From Octopus sinensis (taxonomy: Eukaryota), in assembly GCF_006345805.1 (NCBI RefSeq), contig NC_043015.1, positions 15,872,001-15,936,000 of the forward strand: a DNA stretch of 64,000 nucleotides, in the 5' to 3' direction. Of the stretch, positions 61,979-64,000 are shown in pieces; the first letter of the stretch is position 1; every line of letters starts with the position of its first letter. The notes beneath the pieces are model-generated. The model saw nothing but the letters and a program-made list of their open reading frames with translations, did no database searches and was not told the DNA's origin. A program made the position numbers and the translations under genes.

Positions 61979-62399
61979 TACTATAAATAAAACATCGCAA
62001 AGACAAAAGTTAATAACATCAATTTAACTTTTTATTCTTTATTCCAATTTCTTATTGCTTTTAACATATTCTTTAAAAAAACAACAAAATCATTTTTGGT
62101 AATCAATGATACAGCCCAGTGTCAATTAATATAATAATATTAATAGATACAGGATTGGCTTTGATTTTGCTGGATCTTTTAAGAATATGTAAAGAGAAGT
62201 AAGATATGGGAATGATGAATAAAAGGTTAAACTGGTGCTATCTATTTTGTCTTCGCCATATATATATTCTTCTATTTGCTTCAGTCCTTTGACTGCGGCC
62301 ATGCTGGAGCACCGCCTTTAGTCGAACAGGATCTTTGTGGTTTTCGTCACTGTTTGCAATTTTATTCCAATTGTTTTAAAATTTGGTATATGGATTAAT

Positions 62400-62706
62400 T
62401 TTTGTATACTAATTATGAAAATTTCGTTTTTGGATTTGGTTTGCAAGATTCTTTATGTGAGTCCCCGTGTTGAAGCATATTCTGTTGTGTCTGGGGAGAG
62501 TCATTCTCTTTTGGTGCCTTATAATTTAACACACACACCGGTAAAATTTCCACTTATTTCGGGCAGATTCAACGACTATTGAAAAGGTTGCAAGACGCAA
62601 CGAAAATTTTAGAAAAGTAAAAATAGAAAAAAAGTGGAAATTTTACCGGTGAGTGTGTTAAATTATAAGGCACAAAAAAGAAAATGACTCTCCCCAGACA
62701 CAACAG
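62400..62706. repeat. Fold-back element (74-bp inverted arms) with a terminus related to the Penelope family 2 ends
   Basis: 62482-62555 and 62632-62706 are inverted copies; upstream tttgcaagattctt.atgtga...gtgttgaa matches 10835-10870. Confidence 0.65.
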
Positions 62707-62752
62707 TATATTATATATATATATATATATATCTGTACATATATATTTATAC

Positions 62753-62791
<39 letters not shown>

Positions 62792-62792
62792 C

Positions 62793-62831
<39 letters not shown>

Positions 62832-62832
62832 C

Positions 62833-62873
<41 letters not shown>

Positions 62874-62939
62874 CATATACATATATATATATATATATAT
62901 ATATTTATACATATACATATATATATTATATATATATAT

Positions 62940-62971
<32 letters not shown>

Positions 62972-63151
62972 GTACATATATATTTATACATATACATATA
63001 TATATGTACATATATATTTATACATATACATATATATATATATGTACATATATATTTATACATATACATATAATATATATATGTACATATATATTATACA
63101 TATACATATATAATATATATATGTACATATATATTTATACATATACATATA

Positions 63152-63194
<43 letters not shown>

Positions 63195-63220
63195 TATATA
63201 TTTATACATATACATATATA

Positions 63221-63252
<32 letters not shown>

Positions 63253-63349
63253 TTATACATATATATATATACATATATATATATACATATATATATATGT
63301 ACATAATATTTATACATATACTATATATATATATATATTATACATATAC

Positions 63350-63381
<32 letters not shown>

Positions 63382-63478
63382 GTACATATATATTTATGCA
63401 TATATATATATATAATATTTATACATATATATATATATATGTACATATATATTTATACATATACATATATATACTTTT

Positions 63479-63535
<57 letters not shown>
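62706..63535. repeat. ~830-bp compound (TA)n/(TACATA) microsatellite-minisatellite array
   Basis: Almost only A/T dinucleotide runs with a recurring gtacatatatatttatacatatacat unit. Confidence 0.95.
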
Positions 63536-63536
<1 letters not shown>

Positions 63537-63725
63537 CTCATTTTTGTTTATCGCTCGAAATTGACCGTTATTTGAAAGGACCAATGAAACAAGTCCATTT
63601 TTAAAGATGTAGCGTTTATACTAGTCTTGATAGAATTGACATATCGGTTTTATTCGAGCAAAAACTGTCCGACGAACGGGAACGTGAAACAGTTGTTGAA
63701 TTTTCTGCTGCTTTTGAATAAAGTG

Positions 63726-63785
<60 letters not shown>

Positions 63786-64000
63786 TTATATTATATTATA
63801 GTGTATTATATTATACTATATTATATTCTATTTGTTAAATTTACAGAGAAACAAAAGATGAAGACAGGTGTATCAACAACAACTGGGTGTATATACTTAT
63901 ACACATATAGTATTTATTCAGTCCTACGGTGACGAAATTTAAGCTGACGATAACGAAATTGATGACAACGTAATCGCGACTGACTATAACAAAATTGCGT

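Noticed and set aside
62684-63932. ORFs rich in YI, CV or TH dipeptides here and across the window
   Set aside because: They are translations of (TA)n, (GT)n and (CA)n microsatellites.
1-64000. CRISPR arrays, rRNA or true tRNA genes
   Set aside because: None seen; the tRNA-like A/B boxes all belong to SINE heads followed by repeat bodies and tails.

Overview
AT-rich, microsatellite-dense animal genomic DNA, most likely an octopod cephalopod (inferred from repeat content, not from a database match). The main feature is a type IV collagen gene, alpha1-like, on the minus strand. I traced 21 internal exons (40351 down to 171) with fully compatible intron phases, giving about 838 codons of interrupted Gly-X-Y with a CxxC interruption and three RGDs; one intron is GC-AG. 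The NC1 end lies left of the window. The N-terminal exons (signal peptide, Cys-rich 7S start) were not found in the 23.6 kb to the right. A CpG-island promoter at about 49.6-50.0 kb (NRF1-, ETS- and YY1-like sites, several palindromes) is bracketed by two outward-facing tRNA-derived SINEs. It coincides with a switch from CpG-decayed to CpG-retaining sequence and offers an in-frame ATG mini-exon candidate. Introns and flanks hold two Penelope-like families (one with inverted pseudo-LTRs and hammerhead-like motifs, one with a perfect 172-bp inverted duplication), an R4/Dong-like LINE at a (TAA)n tract, RTE and CR1/L2 fragments, mariner, pogo/Tigger and hAT elements, MITEs and SINEs. Coordinates were counted by hand: exons were checked against splice dinucleotides and reading frame; repeat edges are approximate (about +/-10-30 bp).
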